Virus record (IMG/VR): IMGVR_UViG_3300008516_000951 | Span: 3,930 to 67,929 of that record | Length of the DNA stretch: 64,000 nucleotides | Reading direction: 5' to 3' (one strand) | Source: a virus | Shown: piece after piece, positions 1 through 8,093 of the stretch | Layout: each line of letters opens with the position of its first letter | Position numbering within the stretch: the stretch's first letter is position 1 | Notes under the pieces: model-generated | Databases searched by the model: none | Told to the model about the DNA's origin: nothing | Seen by the model: only the letters and a program-made list of their open reading frames with translations | Position numbers and translations under genes: made by a program

Positions 1-225
1 CCGGGAAATCTCATACAAGCTGAGGACCGTATCCATCGTATAGGGCAGAAAGAATCGGTTATTATCTATTATCTAATAACAAAGGGGACCATCGAGGAAA
101 AGCTCTGCAAAATAATCCAACACAAACAAAACATTGTATCAAGCACGCTCGATGGAAATGAAAACGTCAATCAATTAAGCGTCTATAACGAATTGGAACG
201 GATGCTACGAAAGAGATTAAAATGA
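1..225 (+). CDS. SNF2/SF2 helicase, C-terminal fragment (runs off window start)
   Basis: Frame 1 reads PGNLIQAEDRIHRIGQ...TIEEK (SNF2 motif VI). Stop TGA at 223-225. Confidence 0.85.
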   Translation, partial: PGNLIQAEDRIHRIGQKESVIIYYLITKGTIEEKLCKIIQHKQNIVSSTLDGNENVNQLSVYNELERMLRKRLK

Positions 226-374
226 AACAAGATAGAAGAAAACCAAAAGCAACTCTCTATATAACCAATCTCTCGGCAGAGGTCAAACGTCTTTTCAAAG
301 CACATTGTAGTAAAATAGGAAAAACTATGACAGGAAAAATAGAGGAAATGATGCGAGAGGAGATAAAAAAATGA
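222..374 (+). CDS. Small ribbon-helix-helix-like DNA-binding protein (50 aa)
   Basis: MKQDRRKPKATLYITNLSAEVKRLFKAHCSKIGKTMTGKIEEMMREEIKK. ATGA overlaps on both sides. Below the ORF-track cutoff. Confidence 0.6.
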   Translation: MKQDRRKPKATLYITNLSAEVKRLFKAHCSKIGKTMTGKIEEMMREEIKK

Positions 375-1246
375 AATTTATCGATATTCTAAATCAACTC
401 AATATACAATATCGCACATCGGGTCATCATCATTGCAGACCCGGATGGATACAAATAGATTGCCCCTACTGCGGACGTGATTCAAATAAATGGCATTTAG
501 GATATTCATTAGAAGGAAATTTTCTAAATTGCTGGAAATGTGGTTCCCATCCATTGATTTCAACTTTAATGGAATGTAGCCATTTACCTTTCAAAACTGT
601 TAAAAAGGCCCTCACCAATTTGGATTCACCGCCTCCACCAAAAGAAAGACCTCAAGGCAAATTACGAATACCCAAAGGAGTGAAACCATTAGCCAGGCCG
701 CACCGAAATTATCTTCATAAAAGAAGATTCTACTCATCAAAATTGGAAAAAGCCTGGGGAATAAAAGGTATCGGAGTTGCAAGCCGTCTATCCTGGCGTA
801 TTTTCATTCCTATCATATATCATTCCAAAACTGTCTCGTGGACGACCCGTACAATATCCGAAAAGAGTCGTCCACGATATATTTCAGCATCAGAAGTTGA
901 AGAAAGCATTCCCCATAAATCGCTGTTATATGGAGAAGACTTCGCACGTCACGCTATCATAATTGTAGAAGGCCCATTCGACGCTTGGAGAATTGGTCCG
1001 GGAGCAGTCGCAACATTCAGCACCGGGGTATCACAATCTCAGATAGAAAAAATGCTCAAATATCCGATTCGTGGTGTTTGCTTCGATAACGAGCCGGATG
1101 CCCAAAAACGTGCAATCAAGTTGTGCAACAACTTGTCGGTATTCCCCGGCGAAACTTTCAATATCCAATTGGATGATGGTGTAAAAGATTCTGCCGAAAT
1201 GAATCTCAAACAAGTCAAATACCTTCGGGAAAAAATCTTAGAATAA
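371..1246 (+). CDS. DnaG-type DNA primase (Zn finger + TOPRIM)
   Basis: CPYC...CWKC Zn finger, IIVEGPFD and FDNEPD TOPRIM motifs, KD motif near the C-terminus. Confidence 0.9.
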   Translation: MKFIDILNQLNIQYRTSGHHHCRPGWIQIDCPYCGRDSNKWHLGYSLEGNFLNCWKCGSHPLISTLMECSHLPFKTVKKALTNLDSPPPPKERPQGKLRIPKGVKPLARPHRNYLHKRRFYSSKLEKAWGIKGIGVASRLSWRIFIPIIYHSKTVSWTTRTISEKSRPRYISASEVEESIPHKSLLYGEDFARHAIIIVEGPFDAWRIGPGAVATFSTGVSQSQIEKMLKYPIRGVCFDNEPDAQKRAIKLCNNLSVFPGETFNIQLDDGVKDSAEMNLKQVKYLREKILE

Positions 1247-1262
1247 AAATTTTATTTTTTAG

Positions 1263-1290
1263 TTGACCTACCATTAAATGCCAATATAAT
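1263..1290 (+). promoter_or_regulatory. Sigma70-like promoter
   Basis: TTGACC-16 nt-TATAAT in the intergenic gap upstream of ORF 1400. Confidence 0.55.
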
Positions 1291-1332
1291 AGCCCAAAAG
1301 TAAATACGAAACCCAGCAATACAAGGCGATTC

Positions 1333-1388
1333 AAACCGCCCGTCACGAACTTTTAGCTGGGGTTCATAGTGACGGGCGGTTTTGTTTT
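1333..1388 (+). terminator. Strong hairpin with T-tract (terminator or attenuator)
   Basis: AAACCGCCCGTCAC ... GTGACGGGCGGTTT followed by TGTTTT. Confidence 0.6.
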
Positions 1389-1399
1389 GAAAGAAAAAA

Positions 1400-2293
1400 A
1401 TGTCGAAACAAAAAAATGAAAATGACAACGATAATTTTGCTGAATCATTAATTCTAAATTTGGATTGTCCTGACAAACCTTCCTCCCATATTATCCCTAT
1501 CACCCTTGCGTTATATCGCTTCTATTGTCATCAAGCTAACTATCAAGAAACCTCCCGACCCAAATGTACTACTAAATTCGCTGCAAATGCACTTCACGTA
1601 TCTCAAAACAAAATCCGTCAATGCAAAAATCATCTAAGATTATTGGGCCTAATAGAAGACATAAAAATAAAGGCCGGTAACAAGATTATTGGACACTATA
1701 TTAAAGTCAATAAACACCAATCCCACCCTATACGAAGTCATACTGGTAAAAAGCAGAGTTCCCACAGTGTGGAAAGTCTTATAAAAACGCAGAGTTCCCA
1801 CAGTGTGGAAAGTCTTATAGGGTGTAATAAGTCCTATACTACGTATAGTCCTTATACTAAGAAAGATAAGTTAACTGTCGCATCGCAAGGACGCGACGAT
1901 GTGCTCTTGATTGATTTTGGTGGAAAACAACAAATAAACAATCGCCAATCCTTTGATAAAAAGTGCTGCCAAAAACTAATAGAATTACTCCAAACCAGAA
2001 GAAAGGTATTTAGAAAAATAAATTTAGCCAATTGGATAACCACATTCAAGAAGCTCAGAATTGATGACGGTATTAAAAAATCCCGGATTAAAAAAGTCTT
2101 AATTTGGTATATCAAGCACTTTGGAGAAGATTATGTACCCGAAGCATATTCCGCCAAATCTTTTAGGGATAAGTTTCTCCAAATTGAATCATCGAAAGAC
2201 CGCCAAAAATCCGAGAGAGAACGTAAAAGGTATGAGGGGGATATTTATAATGATTACGACCCGTCACTTGAGGAGGGTGAATGGAATGTCTGA
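1400..2293 (+). CDS. Putative replication initiator (N-terminal winged HTH, internal repeats)
   Basis: HTH-like segment FAANALHVSQNKIRQCKNHLRLLGLIE. Lies between primase and helicase and contains iteron-like repeats. Confidence 0.55.
   Translation: MSKQKNENDNDNFAESLILNLDCPDKPSSHIIPITLALYRFYCHQANYQETSRPKCTTKFAANALHVSQNKIRQCKNHLRLLGLIEDIKIKAGNKIIGHYIKVNKHQSHPIRSHTGKKQSSHSVESLIKTQSSHSVESLIGCNKSYTTYSPYTKKDKLTVASQGRDDVLLIDFGGKQQINNRQSFDKKCCQKLIELLQTRRKVFRKINLANWITTFKKLRIDDGIKKSRIKKVLIWYIKHFGEDYVPEAYSAKSFRDKFLQIESSKDRQKSERERKRYEGDIYNDYDPSLEEGEWNV
1753..1819. repeat. Two 31-bp direct repeats (36-bp period), iteron-like
   Basis: GCAGAGTTCCCACAGTGTGGAAAGTCTTATA at 1753-1783 and 1789-1819. Confidence 0.9.
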
Positions 2294-2438
2294 AATCGTT
2301 TCTAAGCGATTTTGGTCCGATACCCCTATAAAACTACGTATCGGCCACCAAATTCGATTTAAGGGCCATCCTCGTGCGAAATTTAGGGTGTCTATGCGAC
2401 GGTCTAACCACTTAATTGACGAAATCTTAGTAAATTGA
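2286..2438 (+). CDS. Small hypothetical protein (50 aa)
   Basis: MSEIVSKRFW... overlaps the upstream stop and the helicase start. GAGGAGGG lies upstream. Confidence 0.5.
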   Translation: MSEIVSKRFWSDTPIKLRIGHQIRFKGHPRAKFRVSMRRSNHLIDEILVN

Positions 2439-3829
2439 GAATTCAACGACGAAACAACCAGGATGAGCGACGAGTGCTGACGGGTATGATAGTGGACTCA
2501 ATAGTGTTGGGCCGGATAAGCAGTCGATGGAATGTTGGTGGGATGTTTCGGAGCCGTTGGGCTAATCTTGTCGGGGATTGGTGCGTACAGTATTATCTGC
2601 ATTACGAGAAGGCCCCGATGAGTCATATTGAAAGTCTTTTTGAAACGTGGGCTGCCGAGTCCGGCAGTGAAGATATGATTTCTTTAGTATCCAAATTCCT
2701 GTCAAGTCTTAACAGCGAATATAAGGAATTGAAAGGTAGTATAAACACAGAGTACATTATTGATTTAGCGGGACGCTATTTCAACGAAGTCAAAATAGAA
2801 GGTCTTATTGACTCGGTACAATCCGATATAGATATCGGCAAATCCGAGAAAGCCGGATTAAGTATCACTAATTTTAATCGTGTTGAATTAGGTATTGGGG
2901 AAGGGATTGACATTTTACAGGACACCGAAGCAATTAAAGAGGCACTTACTTACGAGAGAAAATCACTTATAAAATATCCGGGCGGTTTGGGGGAATTTTT
3001 TGGGGATGCTTTAGAGCGGGAGGGATTCATTACATTTCTGGGACCTGAAAAAAGAGGCAAGAGCTTTCTACTTTGGGACTTGGCATACCGGGGGATGTTG
3101 CAACGGAAGCGTGTTGCATTTTTTGAGGCAGGTGATATGTCAAAGAGGCAAGTAATGAGAAGATTTATGGCTCGTATATCACGCCATCCATTAAAACCAG
3201 GTGTTGTAAAATGGCCTGTGGGAATAGAGCGTAATGAAAAAGGGAAGGCCCTGGTAAAATATAAGAGAAAGGAATTTGAAAAGAAATTGACTTGGCGAAG
3301 GGCATTAAAAGCCTGTACTAAAACAATGAGAACCAAAATCAAGAGTAAACAAACATATTTTCGATTATTGTGGCATCCGAATTCAACGCTTAGAATATCT
3401 AACATTGAATCCATACTCCAGGATTGGGAAAGGATGAATTGGATTCCCGACGTTATTGTTATTGATTATGCGGATATATTAGATATGAGCTACCCTCATC
3501 TTGAAGGGAGAGACTGTATAAACGAAACTTGGAAACAAATGAGAAGATTGTCCCAGAAATATCATTGTCTGCTTGTCACCGCAACTCAAAGCGATTCATC
3601 TTCGTATTCGCGGAAAACAATTGATATACGAAACTTTTCTGAGGACAAACGTAAAACGGCCCACATTACAGGGATGATTGGGATAAATCAAACACCTAAA
3701 GAAAAACAAAGAGGTATTCTTCGGCTGAACTGGATTGTGTTACGGGACGGCACTTGCCCTGTATATAAGTGTGTGTATCTGGCCACCTGCTTATCATTGG
3801 CAAATCCGGCTGTTGTAAGTTATTTTTGA
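2435..3829 (+). CDS. DnaB-family replicative helicase
   Basis: Walker A GPEKRGKS, VIVIDYADIL Walker B, LVTATQ motif. Confidence 0.9.
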   Translation: MRIQRRNNQDERRVLTGMIVDSIVLGRISSRWNVGGMFRSRWANLVGDWCVQYYLHYEKAPMSHIESLFETWAAESGSEDMISLVSKFLSSLNSEYKELKGSINTEYIIDLAGRYFNEVKIEGLIDSVQSDIDIGKSEKAGLSITNFNRVELGIGEGIDILQDTEAIKEALTYERKSLIKYPGGLGEFFGDALEREGFITFLGPEKRGKSFLLWDLAYRGMLQRKRVAFFEAGDMSKRQVMRRFMARISRHPLKPGVVKWPVGIERNEKGKALVKYKRKEFEKKLTWRRALKACTKTMRTKIKSKQTYFRLLWHPNSTLRISNIESILQDWERMNWIPDVIVIDYADILDMSYPHLEGRDCINETWKQMRRLSQKYHCLLVTATQSDSSSYSRKTIDIRNFSEDKRKTAHITGMIGINQTPKEKQRGILRLNWIVLRDGTCPVYKCVYLATCLSLANPAVVSYF

Positions 3830-3845
3830 TTCTTTCAAAAAAAGT

Positions 3846-3880
3846 TGGCAGGAAGCATTGAATTAATTTGATAATATAAG
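3846..3880 (+). promoter_or_regulatory. Conserved phage promoter-like motif, copy 1
   Basis: TGGCAGGAAGCATTGAATTAATTTGATAATATA. Near-identical copies at 13389 (+) and 57470 (-). Confidence 0.7.
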
Positions 3881-3920
3881 TAGAAATGTTTTTGACAAGT
3901 GAATAGACGGGGCGTTTGAA

Positions 3921-4151
3921 ATGAGCGAGCAAATAACCATATATCGGGTAAGTTGCCGAGCTTGCGGCAAGATGTTCAAAGGGGCTTCTCAAGAAGAAGC
4001 GGACAAGGCCCATAAGCAGCATGTTGACAATGATTGTGAGACTATCAAAGTATTGAAGAAGGTTGAGTCGTTTCGCAAGAAGGCCATTAAGATACTGGGC
4101 CGAGAGCTTACTTTTAGAGAAGCAACAAAGTTACTCGATTTTGACAAGTGA
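3921..4151 (+). CDS. Small Zn-binding hypothetical protein
   Basis: CRAC...HKQH...C, 76 aa. Confidence 0.65.
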   Translation: MSEQITIYRVSCRACGKMFKGASQEEADKAHKQHVDNDCETIKVLKKVESFRKKAIKILGRELTFREATKLLDFDK

Positions 4152-4348
4152 TGATTTCAATTGAAAAGGAGTAATGAAAATGAACGAAGATGAAGCACGA
4201 ACAGAACTATACTGGGAGGCAACACGCTTGTTGAACAAATACATCACGGGCGGTTTTGAAAGCAAAGAAGAAGTTCTTGAGGAGCTTGAAAACGATTTAG
4301 AGGAAAGCTAAGAAGAATTTTGACAAGTGATGATTTCAATTGAAAAGG
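4138..4348. repeat. 32-bp direct repeat flanking a small ORF
   Basis: ATTTTGACAAGTGATGATTTCAATTGAAAAGG at 4138-4169 and 4317-4348. Confidence 0.9.
4174..4311 (+). CDS. Small acidic hypothetical protein (45 aa)
   Basis: RBS AAGGAG. MKMNEDEARTELYWEATRLLNKYITGGFESKEEVLEELENDLEES. Confidence 0.65.
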   Translation: MKMNEDEARTELYWEATRLLNKYITGGFESKEEVLEELENDLEES

Positions 4349-4354
4349 TAAGAA

Positions 4355-4510
4355 ATGGACCACGGAAAAAATTGCTATTGCCACAGATGCAAGAGATGGT
4401 TCCATTATCTTGGTATCTCCCAACACCGGGCTATGCACAGAGAAAGGAAAGAAAATTGCAAGATAACCTATACCCACGGGAATACATTTTTATACGAATG
4501 GGACAAGTGA
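4355..4510 (+). CDS. Small C2H2 Zn-finger-like protein (51 aa)
   Basis: RBS GAAAAGG. MDHGKNCYCHRCKRWFHYLGISQHRAMH...WDK. Confidence 0.6.
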   Translation: MDHGKNCYCHRCKRWFHYLGISQHRAMHRERKENCKITYTHGNTFLYEWDK

Positions 4511-4615
4511 ATGTAATGGGGCGAGCGGCTACCGAGCGTTGTGAAGTTCCGGGTTGCCGAGCCAAAAGAGGTTGCAACGGATTGCCTCGTCCCCGCCTTT
4601 GAGAATGGAGCAACA

Positions 4616-4777
4616 ATGATAGAAAGAACAGTACAAGATTTTGTTGAAGATATGGTATCTGACAACAAAGAATTCAAATTGATTCTAGCCGTGGCCCAGA
4701 ACACTCGATGGTATAATCGTTTGGATGAGATCAAAAATGAATTTCAATTGTTAAAGAATAGAATGCAAAGAAACTAA
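4616..4777 (+). CDS. Small hypothetical protein (53 aa)
   Basis: GGAG RBS then MIERTVQDFVEDMVSD... Confidence 0.55.
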   Translation: MIERTVQDFVEDMVSDNKEFKLILAVAQNTRWYNRLDEIKNEFQLLKNRMQRN

Positions 4778-4862
4778 TATATAGGATGGTGAAAAAGTCA
4801 AAACACAAAACAAAAATTGGAAAGGATAAAAAATAGATATTAAGTTAAAGTCAGCCAGGTCA

Positions 4863-5297
4863 TTGTTCAAGTCGCTCGGATTCAAAACATCGCATAAATG
4901 GAGCGTACAAAAACTCACATCAAAAATAAAGAATCTTCCTGATTCAATAGAAGATATCACTATCAAAGATGCGAAGGTCAAAATGAGGGTCAAGAAGATT
5001 CTGGCAGAATTGAAAGCCGGTAAATCAATTAGGGTATTCGACCCTGACGATGCTGCTGCCGATAAGAAACGGGCTAATGCTGTTAAAGAAGCTAAGAAAA
5101 GAGAAGTATCTGCTAAAACAGAGAAAGTTGAAAAGAAGGTCCGTAAAAAGAAGCGTGTCAAGAACAAAGCCAAAAAGGAAGCAAAAAAGAAAGAGCGTGC
5201 CAAAAAAAGAGCCAAAGCCAAGGCCAAAACAGAGAAATTTGGAAAGAAAGTCCGTAAAAAGAAGTTATCACTTTTCGATAAGGAACCAAAATTATGA
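4863..5297 (+). CDS. Lys/Ala-rich, histone-H1-like basic protein
   Basis: C-terminal half is K/A/R-rich. The start may lie further upstream (ATA at 4833). Confidence 0.7.
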   Translation: MFKSLGFKTSHKWSVQKLTSKIKNLPDSIEDITIKDAKVKMRVKKILAELKAGKSIRVFDPDDAAADKKRANAVKEAKKREVSAKTEKVEKKVRKKKRVKNKAKKEAKKKERAKKRAKAKAKTEKFGKKVRKKKLSLFDKEPKL

Positions 5298-6304
5298 AAG
5301 TCAAACGAGAAGATTTCCTTAATCAATTAGAGTCCGTGCGTCCGGGATTGTCGCCCAGAGAATTAATCGAACAATCATCTTGCATCATATTTCAAAAAGG
5401 AATGGTCTACACATACAACGATGAAATATCCTGTTCACAAAAATTACTGCCTTCACTAAGAAGTATTGAAGGTGCTGTACACGCTATCCCTCTCTTGAAT
5501 CTGTTAAACAAAATGAAAGAAGATATAATTGGTGTGAGCGTGGAGAAAAGCATACTGCTGATTAAGGGCAAAAATCGCCGTGCCGGTATTCGTATGGATG
5601 AAAACATTTTGTTACCAATTGAAGCAGTTGATGAACCTAAAGAGTGGCAAAAACTGCCAAATGACTTTTCTGATGCAATAAGTTTAGTGCAATCCTGTGC
5701 CGGAACCAATGAATCGGAATTTGCAAGGACTTGCATTCATTTACACCCTGAATGGATAGAGGCGTGCAACAATTATCAAGCCGCCCGTTACACAACAAAA
5801 TTACCTTTTGAAAAATCAATACTGGCGCGTAAAGATTCATTGACTTATATCATTTCCGCAAATATGACAGATTTTAGCTCGACGGAATCCTGGATTCACT
5901 TTCGTAACAAACAAGGTCTGATTATATCGTGCCGGAAATTTGTTGAAGATTATCCTGAGATAGGTTCTATACTGGAAGTGAAGGGCAGGAATTTATCTTT
6001 ACCAAAAGGGTTGAAAGAAGCCTCGGAAAAGGCAGCAGTATTCTCCGAAGAAAATACCGACGATAACCGAGTTGCCATCAGTATAGAAACCAACAAATTG
6101 GAAATCAAAGGTACGGGTGCTTCCGGCTGGTTCAAAGAGAAAAAGCAAATAAAATACGAAGGCAAGCCACTCAAATTCACTATTGAGCCGGGATTATTGA
6201 GTCAATTGGTCCAAAAATATAATGATTGTCAAGTGGCTAAAAATCGTTTGAAAATTACTTTTGATAAATTCGAGTATATCACTGTCTTGGGAAAAATCAA
6301 TTGA
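5294..6304 (+). CDS. DNA polymerase III beta-type sliding clamp
   Basis: 336 aa. MKVKREDFLNQLESV start, EDYPEI motif and three-domain length typical of phage DnaN homologs. Confidence 0.8.
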   Translation: MKVKREDFLNQLESVRPGLSPRELIEQSSCIIFQKGMVYTYNDEISCSQKLLPSLRSIEGAVHAIPLLNLLNKMKEDIIGVSVEKSILLIKGKNRRAGIRMDENILLPIEAVDEPKEWQKLPNDFSDAISLVQSCAGTNESEFARTCIHLHPEWIEACNNYQAARYTTKLPFEKSILARKDSLTYIISANMTDFSSTESWIHFRNKQGLIISCRKFVEDYPEIGSILEVKGRNLSLPKGLKEASEKAAVFSEENTDDNRVAISIETNKLEIKGTGASGWFKEKKQIKYEGKPLKFTIEPGLLSQLVQKYNDCQVAKNRLKITFDKFEYITVLGKIN

Positions 6305-7893
6305 GATTGCCGATAAACAAAATAATCTGCTCCGACTGCGTAGAGGCTATGAGCTGTTGGCCGGACGGCTGTGTGGATATGGTGGTGACATCAATACCGT
6401 ATTGGGGGCTGCGGAGTTATTGGTGGGGTGGCGATTTAAAACTGCCCCACAAAAAACACAACAAAAATGGCAAGCCCATCCACGACTGGGCCGACCAAGA
6501 TGAGATATATCAGATATGCACTGATTGCGGGGCCTTGCGACCGCGATACGGCATCGAGCCGACGTTGGAGGAGTATATTGCCACGACGGTCGAGATATTC
6601 CGCGAAGTCCGGAAGGTCTTGAAGGACTGGGGCACGCTGTGGCTGAATGTTGGGGATGCTTATGCGACAAGCTCAACATCGGGCGAACAAGGTGTTACAG
6701 GAGATCGGGCAAACCGAAGTTTCACAGCCGAAGGAATCCCAGCGAAAATCCCTTCCGGCCTAAAACCCGGCGACCTCATCGGCCTGCCGTGGCGAGTGGC
6801 CTTTGCTCTCCAAAAAGACGGCTGGTATCTCCGCTCGGCGATAATTTGGTGCAAATCGTGGTCGTTTCACGATTGTGGTAAAAAACAAATAAAGAAAATC
6901 CGGACCGATTTATGGGGACGTAAAAGAACAAAAATAATTGATGAGGGCAATAGTTATGTCGGCTCCTGTATGCCGGAGAGTCTAAAGGACTGGTGGTGGG
7001 AGCGGTGTCGGGTGAAGGTGAAAAGTGGTTGGGGTGATATTCCGCACCCAAGTCAAACACCGGGCGGCTATTCCAGAGCGCCTAATAGTGGAGGAGTACT
7101 CAAAGCTCAAGCACAATGGCAAGACTGCCCCGGCTGCGATAAGTGCCGGGCCAACGGCGGCTACGTCCTGCGAAAGGGTTCCTGGCGACCGACGAGCGCG
7201 TACGAAATGCTATTTGAGTTTAGTAAATCCAAGACATACTATTGCGATGCAGAGGCGGTGAGAGAGGAGCTGGTGACATCGCCGGATAAATTGAGGCTAA
7301 GAGTCGAAGCAGCCAAGAAAGTAGAAGGAAGGGGGGATGCTTTAAGTATAGAAGCCTGGGGCCCAAATACTCAATCTTACAATCCTTCCGGACGCAATTT
7401 GAGAAACGTTTGGTGCATACAGACTCAGGCAACGAGCGTAAGCCATTACGCCACCTTCCCGGAGAAATTAGTAGAGCCCTGTGTAAAGGCCGGGACCAGT
7501 GAGAAGGGCAACTGCCCGAAGTGCGGGATGCCCTGGGCCAGGGTGATAGAGATAAATAAAGGCCAAAAACCCAGACAGAAGGGCGAGAAATATGATGGTA
7601 TAAACGCTGGATATGGTACACATCCCGGCGTTGGGCGAGATGATATTATAAGTAAGACCCTCGGCTGGCGACCCACTTGCACGTGCAACGCCGGAGAACC
7701 GGTCCCCGCCGTAGTCTATGACCCCTTCGCCGGGACCAATACGACAGGTTACGTCGCCAAAAAACTCAAACGGAATTGGCTCGCCACCGAAATCAACCCA
7801 AAATATATAAAGTATGCTAAGCGAAGATTACAACCACACAAGAAAAAAGGCACACTTTTCGATAAAAAAACATCCAGAAAGAGAAAAAAATGA
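6301..7893 (+). CDS. N4-C/N6-A DNA methyltransferase (beta class) with Cys-rich insertions
   Basis: DMVVTSIPYWGLR, GTLWLNVGD, IGLPWRVAFALQKDGWYLRS, HYATFPEKLV, VYDPFAGT. Confidence 0.9.
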   Translation: MRLPINKIICSDCVEAMSCWPDGCVDMVVTSIPYWGLRSYWWGGDLKLPHKKHNKNGKPIHDWADQDEIYQICTDCGALRPRYGIEPTLEEYIATTVEIFREVRKVLKDWGTLWLNVGDAYATSSTSGEQGVTGDRANRSFTAEGIPAKIPSGLKPGDLIGLPWRVAFALQKDGWYLRSAIIWCKSWSFHDCGKKQIKKIRTDLWGRKRTKIIDEGNSYVGSCMPESLKDWWWERCRVKVKSGWGDIPHPSQTPGGYSRAPNSGGVLKAQAQWQDCPGCDKCRANGGYVLRKGSWRPTSAYEMLFEFSKSKTYYCDAEAVREELVTSPDKLRLRVEAAKKVEGRGDALSIEAWGPNTQSYNPSGRNLRNVWCIQTQATSVSHYATFPEKLVEPCVKAGTSEKGNCPKCGMPWARVIEINKGQKPRQKGEKYDGINAGYGTHPGVGRDDIISKTLGWRPTCTCNAGEPVPAVVYDPFAGTNTTGYVAKKLKRNWLATEINPKYIKYAKRRLQPHKKKGTLFDKKTSRKRKK

Positions 7894-8093
7894 CTAAAGA
7901 AGGATTTTTTTCACAATCCGATTTGCAAAATAAGAACAGTACATATATGAATCGAGATTTGATAGAACCAAAATGGGTTGGTATTTGTAATGCCTGTGGC
8001 AAAACTTGGCTGATTTGTAATCGCCGGCAAATAATTTATTGTATTTGTGGACATCGTTTGAAGTATAAAAATATAAAGAAAAATTATGCCTAA
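7890..8093 (+). CDS. Small Cys-rich (Zn-ribbon) protein
   Basis: CNACG...CICG. Its N-terminus duplicates that of the next gene. Confidence 0.6.
   Translation: MTKEGFFSQSDLQNKNSTYMNRDLIEPKWVGICNACGKTWLICNRRQIIYCICGHRLKYKNIKKNYA

Noticed and set aside
1753-1819. Possible mini-CRISPR (palindromic ~31-bp repeat)
   Set aside because: Only two copies separated by 5 bp, inside a CDS, and no cas genes.
4138-4348. Possible CRISPR repeat ending in ATTGAAA
   Set aside because: Two copies 147 bp apart enclosing an ORF. The repeat end is an RBS.
4751-5326. 191-aa Phe/Leu-rich - strand ORF
   Set aside because: Antisense shadow of the Lys/Ala-rich gene.
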